Below are positions 1-9,600 of a DNA stretch of 27,951 nt, in pieces (position 1 is the first letter of the stretch; the number at the start of each line of letters is the position of its first letter). Under the pieces are notes generated by a model, which did no database searches, was not told where the DNA came from, and saw only the letters and a list, made by a program, of their open reading frames with translations. The translations under genes were made by a program, and so were the position numbers. This stretch comes from Candidatus Eiseniibacteriota bacterium (GTDB taxonomy: Bacteria > Eisenbacteria > RBG-16-71-46 > DASYSL01): NCBI GenBank assembly GCA_031431875.1, contig JANPEF010000025.1, positions 1 through 27,951 of the forward strand. The letters run 5' to 3'.

Positions 1-304
1 GGGCACGCGGCGGAGGCGGCGGGTTCGCCGCGGCTTCGCGCTCGCGGCGCTCGGCCTGCACGCGGCGCTGCACCTCGGCCTCGTGCTCGCGCTTGCGCGC
101 CGCCTCGGCCTTCACCACTTCCTTCTCCGAGTCCATCTTCGACTGGATCTTGGCGATGACCTCGGGCTCGACGGTGCTCATGTGGCTCTTCACTTCGACG
201 CCGACCCCGCGGATCAGCTCGACCACTGCCTCCGAGGACATCTTCATGTCCTTGGCGACCTCGTAGACGCGAATCTTCTTCGTACCGTCGGACTTGGTGC
301 TCAC
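1..304 (-). CDS. infB: Translation initiation factor IF-2, N-terminal part (runs off window start)
   Basis: Hand translation from GTG at 304 (GTGA overlap with the nusA stop) gives MSTKSDGTKKIRVYEVAKDMKMSSEAVVELIRGVGVEVKSHMSTVE, the IF2_N motif (RVYE.AK...KSHMS). Canonical position after nusA. Not in the ORF track. Confidence 0.93.
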   Translation of the reverse strand, partial: MSTKSDGTKKIRVYEVAKDMKMSSEAVVELIRGVGVEVKSHMSTVEPEVIAKIQSKMDSEKEVVKAEAARKREHEAEVQRRVQAERREREAAANPPPPPRA

Positions 305-1815
305 TCGCCCTCCTCCTTCCGCGGTTCACCCGCGTCGGTCACGTCGGTCGCGTCATCGGACGCGGCCGGCGTGCCGAGGTGCGACGGCACCACGTCGGGA
401 TCGAACTGCTCCTCGATTTCGACGGCCTCCGGCGGAGGACCCGGATCGAGTGCCTCGGCCACGGCGGGATCGCCGGCCTCGGGGTGCTCGATCGCCGCCA
501 CCGCCTGCGCGGCCTCGTCCTTCTCCATCTCGGGCGTGATGTGGACCTCGTGCGTCGCCGCGTCGGCCTTGTGCCGGGCCTCCGCCCAGTGCGCGACGGC
601 CAGCGCCTTCTCCAGCGTGCGCTCGCTCATGCCTGGAATCGCCAGGAGCCGCGCGGGCTCGGCGGCGATCAGCTCGCCGACGCTCTCGATCCCGACCTGC
701 ACCAGGGCCTCGCGCAGGCGCGCGCCCAGCAGGTCGACGGTTTCGATGTCGATGCGTGCAGCCTTCTCGGCCGAGCTCTTCTTGACGTCCTCGCTGCGCG
801 AGATGAGGTCGATGCGCCAGGTGGTCAGCTTGGCCGCCAGGCGCGCGTTCTGCCCACCCTTGCCGATGGCGAGCGACAGCTGGTCATCGGCGACGACGAC
901 CTGCATGCGGTTCTCGTCCTCGATCACGCGCACGTCGAGCACCTTGGCCGGCGACAGCGCACGCGAGACGAACACCGCCGCGTCGGTCGACCACGGCACG
1001 ATGTCGATGCGCTCGCCGCCCAGCTCGCGCACGATGCTCTGCACGCGTGAACCCTTGAGGCCCACGCACGAGCCCACGGCATCGACGCGCGGGTCCTTCG
1101 AGTAGACCGAGATCTTGGAACGCGCGCCGGCCTCGCGGGCGACGGCGCGGATCTCGACGATGCGATCGGCGATCTCGGGCACCTCGGACTCGAACAGGCG
1201 CCGCAGGAAGTCGGGATGGGTGCGCGACAGGATGACCTGCGGTCCCTTCGCGTTCTTGTCGACGTCGAGGACCACCGCGCGGACGTAGTCGCCCTGGCGG
1301 TGGTGGTCCCGCGGGATCTGCTCGCGCGCCGGCAGGATGCCCTCGGCGCGGTCGAGCTTGACGATCACGTTGCCGCGATCGACCTGCTGGACGACGCCGC
1401 GCACGAGCGTGGCGATCTTGCCCGTGAACTCCTGAAAGACGCGGTCCCGCTCGGCCTCGCGCACGCGCTGGATGAGCACCTGCTTGGCGGCCTGGATCGC
1501 GTTGCGGCCGAAGTCGGCGACCTCGAGCGGAAAGCGGATCGGCCCGCCGACAGCGGCGTCGGGATGCGTCTTCAGCGCATCCTCGAGCGTGCACTGCAAC
1601 GCCGGGTCCTCGACCGTCTCGACGACGTCCATGACGCGCGCCATCTCGATCTTGCCGCTCATGTTGTCGAACTTGACCTCGACGTTCGCCGTGGCGCCGA
1701 ACTTCTTCTTGCCGGCGCTGACCAGGCCGGCTTCGAGCGTCTCGACGAGCACGCTGCGCTCGACGTTCTTCTCGCGAGTGATGGCGCCGAGCGCCTCGAG
1801 AATCTCCGTGTTCAT
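301..1815 (-). CDS. nusA: Transcription termination/antitermination factor NusA (504 aa)
   Basis: MNTEILEAL start, FGRNAIQAAKQV, S1 and KH domains (AREAGARSKI, GSCVGLKGSRVQ, LSLAIGKGGQNARLAAKLT), C-terminal HhH-like and acidic tail. Start at ATG 1815 (ATGA overlap with rimP), not the 2481 ORF start. Confidence 0.97.
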   Translation of the reverse strand: MNTEILEALGAITREKNVERSVLVETLEAGLVSAGKKKFGATANVEVKFDNMSGKIEMARVMDVVETVEDPALQCTLEDALKTHPDAAVGGPIRFPLEVADFGRNAIQAAKQVLIQRVREAERDRVFQEFTGKIATLVRGVVQQVDRGNVIVKLDRAEGILPAREQIPRDHHRQGDYVRAVVLDVDKNAKGPQVILSRTHPDFLRRLFESEVPEIADRIVEIRAVAREAGARSKISVYSKDPRVDAVGSCVGLKGSRVQSIVRELGGERIDIVPWSTDAAVFVSRALSPAKVLDVRVIEDENRMQVVVADDQLSLAIGKGGQNARLAAKLTTWRIDLISRSEDVKKSSAEKAARIDIETVDLLGARLREALVQVGIESVGELIAAEPARLLAIPGMSERTLEKALAVAHWAEARHKADAATHEVHITPEMEKDEAAQAVAAIEHPEAGDPAVAEALDPGPPPEAVEIEEQFDPDVVPSHLGTPAASDDATDVTDAGEPRKEEGE

Positions 1816-2357
1816 GCCTTCTCCTTCGGTCCGCGGTCGCGCGGGTTGCCGCGTCCGCCGGCAGCGGGCGTCTTCGCCGCGCGCAGTCCGGCCCAGGGAT
1901 CCACCACGAGGTGCGCCTTCTGGACCGCCTCGACCGGCGCGCTCCATTGACCGCCCTCTTCCGTCTGCAGCGTCACCGTTCCGTCCTCCGCGCCGACGAT
2001 TGCTCCTTCGACGCGGCGGCGGCCGTCGACCAAGTCGTGCGTCTGCACGAAGGCCCGCTCGCCGAGGTGCCGCCGGAAGTGCTCCAGCGTGCGCAGCCGG
2101 CGCTCGATGCCCGGCGAGCTCACCTCGAGCACGAACCGGTACGGCACCGTCTGGTTCATCTCCAACGCGTCGTCCAGCCGGCGCGATACGCGCGTGCAAT
2201 CGTCGATCGACACCGTCCCACCCGTCCCGTCCAGGCGGTCGAGATAGACCCGGATGGTCAGGCTGCCGGCCGAGACGAACTCGACGTCGACGAGCTCGAA
2301 TCCCATCTCCTCGACGAGGGGTCCGGCGATCTCGAGCACTTCGTGGCGCACGTCCAT
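1812..2357 (-). CDS. rimP: Ribosome maturation factor RimP
   Basis: GFELVDVE, VSIDDCTRVSR and LEVSSPGIERRL motifs; GGAG SD upstream; first gene of rimP-nusA-infB. Confidence 0.96.
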   Translation of the reverse strand: MDVRHEVLEIAGPLVEEMGFELVDVEFVSAGSLTIRVYLDRLDGTGGTVSIDDCTRVSRRLDDALEMNQTVPYRFVLEVSSPGIERRLRTLEHFRRHLGERAFVQTHDLVDGRRRVEGAIVGAEDGTVTLQTEEGGQWSAPVEAVQKAHLVVDPWAGLRAAKTPAAGGRGNPRDRGPKEKA

Positions 2358-2479
2358 GAGCGGACTCCAGAGCGACAGGGCGACGCGAAAGAACCCCCCG
2401 CGCCAGGCAATGGCGGCCGGGTGCTCCGGGGCGAGACCTTGAAGAAGGGGAACGCGAGGAGCCGCGCGGGAGGGCCGTC

Positions 2480-2512
2480 AAACGGAAATGAGTGGCCGGA
2501 CCGCACCACTCA
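2480..2512 (-). promoter_or_regulatory. rimP-leader-like attenuator hairpin
   Basis: Minus strand TGAGTGG-N10-CCACTCA stem (2512-2489) followed by TTTCCGTTT, directly after the predicted TSS. Resembles the widespread rimP leader terminator. Confidence 0.7.
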
Positions 2513-2520
2513 CCTCCCGG

Positions 2521-2549
2521 AAACTACACCCGTCGGGGCGACCGGGCAA
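2521..2549 (-). promoter_or_regulatory. sigma70-type promoter of rimP operon
   Basis: TTGCCC (2549-2544)-N17-TAGTTT (2526-2521). Confidence 0.65.
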
Positions 2550-2581
2550 GGCCCTTTCTGGGGCGCGGGGGCAGGGGCGAA

Positions 2582-2625
2582 CCCTGGTCGGTGCCCTGGT
2601 CGGTGCCCTAGTCGGTGCCCCAGTC
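2582..2625. repeat. 12-bp tandem repeat (about 3.7 copies of CCCTGGTCGGTG)
   Basis: ccctggtcggtg ccctggtcggtg ccctagtcggtg ccccagtc; spans the stop codon of the M28 gene. Confidence 0.9.
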
Positions 2626-3555
2626 ACTGGCGTACAGGTACCAGAGGAAGGTGCGCCCGACCTGGCCCAGGCTCCCCGGGGCGACCTGCGTCAGGTCGTC
2701 GCCCGTGGTGTGCCACGCCGGGTAGTCGAAGTCGATGACGTTGACCGCCGGGATGCCCGCCTCGAGGAACGGGGCGTGGTCGTCGTACACGTTGTGGCGC
2801 ACGCCCTTCACGAACGCGGGGGCGTTCACCTTCGCTGCGCCGGTCCACAGGCGCTCGACGATGTTCGGCGCGGCGTTGAACGAGTTCTGCTCGTAGTGAA
2901 TCTCGAGGTCCTTGTCCCCCACCATGTCGGCGACGATGGCGAGGATCGGCCGCGGGTGCGTGAGGTCGCGCACGTAGCGCCGCGAGCCGCGGCAGAAGCT
3001 CTCGACGTCGCCGCCCTCCCCCAGGTCCTCGCCGTCGAAGAACACCAGCTCGACACCGACCGGCGGCGGCGTCTCCCCCATCACTCGCGCCATTTCGAGC
3101 AGCACGGCAACGCCCGAGGCGCCGTCGTTGGCACCGAGGACCGGTTGCGTGCGCTTCGCCGGGTCCGGATCCATGTCGGCGATCGCCCGCGTGTCCCAGT
3201 GCGCGCCGAGCACAATCCACGGACCCGTCGCGGGGCCGAAGCGCGCCCGCACGTTGGTCAGGCGGTAGGCCCGGCCGTAGACCGTGTCGTCGAACGCCTG
3301 CTCGATCACGCGCCCGCCGGCGGTGGCCAGGCGCTCGACCATCCACGCGCGGCAGCGCTCGTGCCCCGCCGATCCCGGATTGCGCGGACCGAACGAAACC
3401 TGCGCCTTGAGGTCCTCGAACGCGCGCGCCTCGTCGAAGCGGGGCACCGGACGGTCGTTGCAGCCGGTGGCGAGCAGGGCGAAGGCGGCGGCGAGTGCGG
3501 GCGCGAGGCGGCGGGAGGCGGAACGAAGTCGCGGGATCGCGCGGGCAGGGATCAT
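2608..3555 (-). CDS. M28-family Zn lipoprotein, probable type II (animal/Bacteroidota-like) glutaminyl cyclase
   Basis: Lipobox LATG-C; motifs HWDTR, GANDGASGVAVLLE, FFDGED, DMVG, DDHAPF, WHTTGD. Start chosen at ATG 3555 (ORF track extends to 3594). M28 family is secure; cyclase activity is inferred. Confidence 0.85.
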   Translation of the reverse strand: MIPARAIPRLRSASRRLAPALAAAFALLATGCNDRPVPRFDEARAFEDLKAQVSFGPRNPGSAGHERCRAWMVERLATAGGRVIEQAFDDTVYGRAYRLTNVRARFGPATGPWIVLGAHWDTRAIADMDPDPAKRTQPVLGANDGASGVAVLLEMARVMGETPPPVGVELVFFDGEDLGEGGDVESFCRGSRRYVRDLTHPRPILAIVADMVGDKDLEIHYEQNSFNAAPNIVERLWTGAAKVNAPAFVKGVRHNVYDDHAPFLEAGIPAVNVIDFDYPAWHTTGDDLTQVAPGSLGQVGRTFLWYLYASDWGTD

Positions 3556-3616
3556 GGCGCCGGGATTGAACCACGCCGCGGCGCATGGCGGCAAGCGCGG
3601 GCGCAGCCGGCCGCGC

Positions 3617-6600
3617 TCAGAAGCGCACGCTGCCCGAGGCCTCGAGCCGGATCGAGCGGTTCGTCGGCGTGGCGCCCTCGGAGGTCTTGCCGTAGAGGTC
3701 GCGGTTCTGCGAGAAGCCCAGGCCGAGCGTGCCGGTGACGTAGGTCGAGAACGAGTACGTGGCGCTGCTGTTGAGGTCGAGCCGATCGGTGCGCGTGGTC
3801 AGCGCCTGCTGGCCCTGCGACTCGGTCGAGCCGCTGCGCTTGCTGTAGGTGCCATCGAGCGACATGGTGAGCGTGCTCTTGAGCCCGCTGCCGAAGATGG
3901 GCATTTTTTGCCCGGGCATGTACGAGCGGCTGATCGAGCTGCGGACGCTCGTCTCGCCCTCCTTCCGCACCGAGCGGCGGGTCGCGAAGTCCTCGCGGAT
4001 CGACGAGCTCTGGTCGATCGACAACTGCACGTTCGCCGTCCCGCGCGTCTGGCCCGAGAGCTGGAGCAGCGGGCGGAAGTTCTTCGTCCGCACCTGCGTC
4101 GACGGCTTCTCCAGGTTGACGCCCTCGAGCGTCCTGACGAAGCTCGCGCGCGACGACGCGTTGATGCCGGTGAACACCTTGCCCAGCCGTATCAGGTTGT
4201 GGACCTGTCCCCAGTCGAGTTGCAGGTCGGGGAACGTGAAGTTCGAGCTGTTCGACACCTGGCTGTTGTAGTTGCGGTTCAGGTTCGAGTAGTTGGCGCG
4301 GATGCGCGCCGTCGAGCGCCCGACCAGCTGGACCGTGGTCGAAGCGTCGCCCGAATAATTGCGCTGCGCATTCTCGGTCGCCTGCGGCCCGCGATAGATC
4401 GAGGTGAGCTCGTCACCGTTCCACTGGGTGTCCGGGTCGCGCACCAGGCCCAGCCGGTACGGCACCGAGGGCACGCCGGTGAAGCGGCTGAACCCCGTCG
4501 TCCGCGCGAAGGAGATGCGCATGCTGACGTTGCCCAGGCGCGACAGCGTCCGCCCGACCGGGAGCGAGAAACCGCGCGACGGCGCCACCGGTGGTGGCGG
4601 CGGGCGATAGCCCGCGGCGGCCGTCGCCGAATCGGGACCGGCCCACGTGGAGTCGCCGGCGGCGAGCGCCGAGTCGCGCGATGCCCGGGCCGCGCGCCCC
4701 ACCGCCGCCGCCTGGGCGTTGAGCGCCGCCAGGGTCGCCTGCGTGGGTTGCGGCGTGGGCGGACGGCTGGTCGAGGCGAGCCGGGCGAACGGCAGTTCCC
4801 ACGTCACCCCGGCATTGGTCGCGTTATTGAATGAACCGAGCGAGAGGTCCGGCGACAGGTCCGGCGTGCGCGCCTCGCTGTACGACGACGAGAAGTCGAA
4901 GGCCGGCCGCACGAACGCATGGAGCGGCACGGTGAGGCGCCCGTCGAGCCGCTGCGTGAAGTTCGTCATGCGTCCGAAGTTGACGCCCAGCACGTACGCC
5001 GGGGTGATCCCCGGGATATAGGCGTTGCGCGTCGCCGCCACGGTATAGCTGCCCAGCGGCAGCGGCCGCCACGTCGCGCCCAGCAGGTACAGGGACGTCT
5101 TGCGGTAGATGTCGCTCTGCAGCGAATACGCCCCGACCGGATCGTCGAGCCCGCGCTTGTAGGTGAACGAGCGCGTGGTCGTCTGGCTGAACGAGATCGT
5201 GGCCGTCTCGGGCAGCAGCTTGATCTTCTGCAGGCCTCCCCCGCGCTGCTTCCACAGCGGCACGGGCACCTTGAACCACTCGGCGGGCGCGAGCGAGTAG
5301 CCGCCGCCGCCGGAGAGCGTGCGGCTCGAATCGAGCCCGGTCGGCGAGCGGCCCACGCGGTCGCCGAAGGCGAAGTTGACCGAGGCGCGACCGATCGTGT
5401 TGCGGAGGATCGGGTTGCGATCCCCCGTCTTCGACAGCCCGACGCTGAAGCTGCGGTCGGTCGCGCGCGACTGCTCGTTGATCGCATCGTCGCCGCGCAG
5501 GAACAGGTCGGTGCCGGTGCGCAGGCGCGGCGTGCCCTGCGTCTTCGCCCAGGCGAACGACATCGGGAAGTTGAGGCCGGTGCCGGAGAGGAAGCGGTGC
5601 GGCTGGATGGTCCCCGACAGAGACAGGCGATCTGCGTTGACGTCGCTGCCACGAGCCTGCCCCAGGCGCTGGAAGTTCTCGTCGGTGCGATCCCAGTTGG
5701 TGGTCAGCGTCATCAGGTCGGCGACCCTGGTGTAGACCGTGAGCCGGTTCGCCGTGCCGCGCGAGCGATCGACGTCGAGCGCCCGCAGGTCGTCGATCCA
5801 CACCTGCCCCGAGATGTTGTTGGTGGCCCGACCCAGCAGCGTGCTGTCGTTCACCGCCTTCTCGCTGAACACGCCGATCGTCATGCGCTGGATGCGCGTG
5901 AATGTCGGCGAGCCGACGACGACGAACTGCTCCTCGCCGCGGAACACCGTGTCGACGACGGCGCCCGGCGGCCGGTCGAGCTTCACGTCGGTGAAGTCGG
6001 TGAGGTTGAGGATGATCTCGGTCCACGGCGTCGGCCGGAATGGGGCGGCGGCCACCCCGCGGAACGGCCGCGAGTACTCGTAGTAGTTGCGGTCGTCGTA
6101 GCCGAGCCGCAGGAAGAAGCGGGCCGAGTCCTGGTCGGTGAAGCCGAAGGCGGTCGCATAGAAGCCGATGCGCCCGTAGCGCGTGTAGTCCTCGGCGTAG
6201 GTCTGGTCCTTGAAGATCGTGGCCGCGGACCCGACGGGCAGGCGGGTGACCTCGAGCGCGATCGACTGCTCGCGCTGCGTCTGCGTGCTGCCGCCCGTGT
6301 TCGACGTGGCGACGCCGAATGGCGGGTCGTAGATGTTGCGATCCTCCTGGTTGTTCACATTGCGGGCCACGACCGAGCCGTTGGCGAGACGCGTCGCCGA
6401 GTCGGTGCTGGCGATGCGCCAGCGGTTGCCCACCACCTCGACGGCGCCAAGCTGCAGGAGCGGCTGGCGGCCGCGCGCGTCCTCGCTGGTCTTGGGCGGC
6501 GCATCGATGCCCTGAAAGGTCTCGAAGCCCTCCATCCACACGCGCATGTGCTTCACGTTCGCCAGGCTGCCGCCGTTGATCACGCGGCGGATCCTGGGGT

Positions 6601-9600
6601 CGCTGATGTCGAGCGGGATGCGGAAGCGGCGCCAGCCGTTGTTCGGCGCCACCGGGTTGCCCTCGACCGTGAGCGTTGATTCGGCGGCGAAGATCAGGAA
6701 CGGCGCCAGCGCGGCCTGGTCCCCGAGCGGCAACGTGAACGTCATGTAGTCGTCCACCCGATCGAGCTCCTGGTTGCCGTCCAGGTCCTCGGTAAACAGC
6801 CGGTTCCCGCTCTCGTAAGTGCCCTTGCTCTTCTCGGAGAGGGTGGGCGTGACGTAGTTCTGCGGATCGAGTCGCTCGATCACGTTCGAGTCGTTGCCCA
6901 GGCTCACGTCCGAGACGCGAAAGTTGTCGCCGTGCCTGTCCTGATCCGAGGCCGTCGAGAGGTCGTAGGTCTCGGCCTCGAGCTCGTCGGGAATGCCGTC
7001 GGCGCCGGTGTCCTCGCGAATGGCCGGGTCGTTGCTCGGATCGTACTTGCCGTCGCGATTGCGGTCCTCGGTGTCGTAGGCCGCGTTGGGCAGCACGCCG
7101 GGCGCGCGCTGTGCGTCCTCGGAGACGACACCGAGGTCGATGTGCAGCTTGAAGTCCGGATTGCTGCGCACGTCCATGTCCCGCCAGTCGTTGACCCACA
7201 CCTCGAGGTACTGCAGGCGCGAGAAGTCGGAGCCATCGGGCTCGACCGTGGTGGTGAACCCGCTCCACAGGTCGGGCTGGGCGCGCACTGCCGGCAGCTT
7301 CGGCAGGTACATGTCGAGCACGGTGACGTAGTTCTCGCCGCCCTCGCCGCGGGTCAGGCGCGGGTTCAGGTCCCATGCCTGGACGGTGTTCACCGGGTTG
7401 TACCAGACCATCTCGTTGTAGTCGGCGGCGACGGGGACGTACGCCGCGCCGCTGACGACCAGCGGCGGAGCAGCCCACTTCCAGAAGCCACGCCCCATGG
7501 GCGCCGAGTACGAGTCGCGGTTGCCCTCGAAGTCGTCGAGATAGACCGTGTTCTTGGTGTTCGGGTTCGGCATGGACATGCCGATCTCGCCGTTGATGTC
7601 GAACTGCGACGGCTCGGTGGTGTTGTAGAACGGCAGGCGATCGACCAGGTCGGTGAGGAAGCGCGGCTGCGTGCGCAGGTCGCCGTAGAGGTCGCCGATC
7701 AGCGTGCGCGTCGGTTCCTCGCCGAGCCGCGGGCGCGCCTCGTCCTGGCCCTTCGACTCGTAGATGAACGCACCGCCGAAGCCGTGAGTCGGGCCGCGAT
7801 AGCCGAGCGTGCCACCGACCAGCGTCTTGCCCGCCTGGGCGAAGAGCGGCGCGTACGAGTAGTCGATCGACAGGCGCGAGCGGTTCTCCCGCGCCTTCGC
7901 GGTCAGCAGCGTGATCACGCCCGCCTCGTAGTCGATCTGGTAGTCCTTGTTCTTCTCCAGCGGCACGCCCTCGATGGCGACCACTTCGGACCCGTCGAGG
8001 ATGCCGACCTGCCCCAGGTTGATCGTGCCCGAGTAGTCCGTGCCCGCGAACTTCGCCCAGATGTAGTAGCGCCGGTCGTCGACGAGCTGGAGGTTGCGCT
8101 TGTCGTAGGGCTTGGGGTTCGATTCGAGGTCTTCGGGCGTGATGCCACCGCCGGGGACGCCCGGCGGATCGGGCACGCCGGCCGGCCAGAACATGCGCCC
8201 GCGCAGGCCGGGAACGTCGTTGTTGGCCACGATGCGCGTGCGGAAGAAGTAGTCCTCCTCGGGCGTCGCGTCGGGACGCGGCGTGACGCGCGGATCGAAC
8301 GGGCGCAGGTCGGGAAAATACAGCACGCCGGTCTCGGTCTCGAGGAACCAGGCACTGGTGATCTGGTCGACGATCAGGTCAGGGCCCTCGATCGCCGCCC
8401 CCGAGCCGTTGTCGGTGAACAAGTCGATGCCCATGACCCGGATGTAGGGGAACAGGCTCGTCCCCTCCTTGTATGCGTCGGTCGCCTCCTCGAGCGCCGC
8501 ATCGTAGCGCCGCACCTGGATCGACAGGGACTTGGGGTCGATGTTCGCCGACTGCAGATCGTAGAAGCTCTTGATCTCGTAGTCGCGGGTGATGGCGAGC
8601 GGATCGAGTGCCGGGTCGGTCTCGAAGTAGTCCGGCGCGTCGACCCTCGCCTTGAGCAGGGAGCGCGGCGCCTGCAGCAGCTTGAGACGGATCGGCGGCG
8701 CCTCGGCGTTGGGATCGTCCGGCAGCGGCGGCACGTTGCCGACCGTTCGGTTGGTGCCGTCGGCGAGCGTCTCGATGTAAGTGACGGCGAGCAGCTGCGA
8801 GTTCGAGATGGCGCTGCGCAGCACGAGCACGGGGAAGCGATCGCCGAAGTAGTCGACCTTGACCTGGAAGTCGGTGAGCTCGCGCAGCCCGTCGAAGCTG
8901 CCCGACAGCGTGTCCCCCACCCCCGGCGGCCGCGTCGGGTCGACCTCGGCCGTGCCGATGCGCACGCCCTGGTTGTTCGAGCCGTTCTTGTCGTCGAGAT
9001 ACACGCGCACCGATCCGGGCTCGATGACGCTGCCGGTGGCCAGCTGCTCGGCCGGACGCTGGATGAAGAAGTACTTGCCGCGCACGTAGTTCAGGTCGTC
9101 GATCGTGCGCACGACCTCCTGCTGGGTGCCCTGGAACGACTTCCGCTCGGAGCGTCCCTCCTGCTTCGAGGCGATCAGCGCCAGGTCCGTTCCGCCGATG
9201 CGCGCGCCCGCCTTGACGCCGAACAGTCCCTCGTTGCGGCCGCTGTACGACACGTACTGCGTGCCGGGCAGCGACAGGTTCGTGTTGCCCAGCTCGAGCG
9301 TCTTGAGGATCTCGTCCTCGTAACCCGTGTAGCGGATGCCGATGCGGTTGGCCAGCGGCACCGTGTTCGCCGAGTTCTGCGCCACGTCGATGCGCACCTT
9401 GTCGCCGAGGCTGCCGTTGAGCTTGATGTCGAGGTCCTGACGCATGTCGAGCGACGGGAACAGCGAACGCTTGACGCCGAGGCCGGCCGTGCGGTTGTCC
9501 CAGTTCGACGTGCCGGCGATCGAGATGCGCTCCGAGCCCGACACGTTGAGCGACGGCCCGCCGCGACCCAGGATGCCCTGCGCCGCCCTGGGCAACTCGA

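Noticed and set aside
1816..2481. N-terminal extensions of ORF-track calls (nusA to 2481, aroB to 20301, HtrA-like to 23733, dppC to 27439, lptF from 9924, lptG from 11351, DUF3800 to 15999)
   Set aside because: The extensions overlap other real genes or promoters. Family homology begins at internal starts that show stop/start coupling or SD sites, so these are not fusions.
2582..2625. Possible CRISPR array
   Set aside because: 12-bp units with no spacers and no cas genes; a simple tandem repeat.
3556..3594. Separate promoter for the M28 gene (TTGCCG-N18-TTCAAT)
   Set aside because: The -10 lacks the conserved A at position 2 and the spacer is 18; co-transcription with sprA is equally likely.
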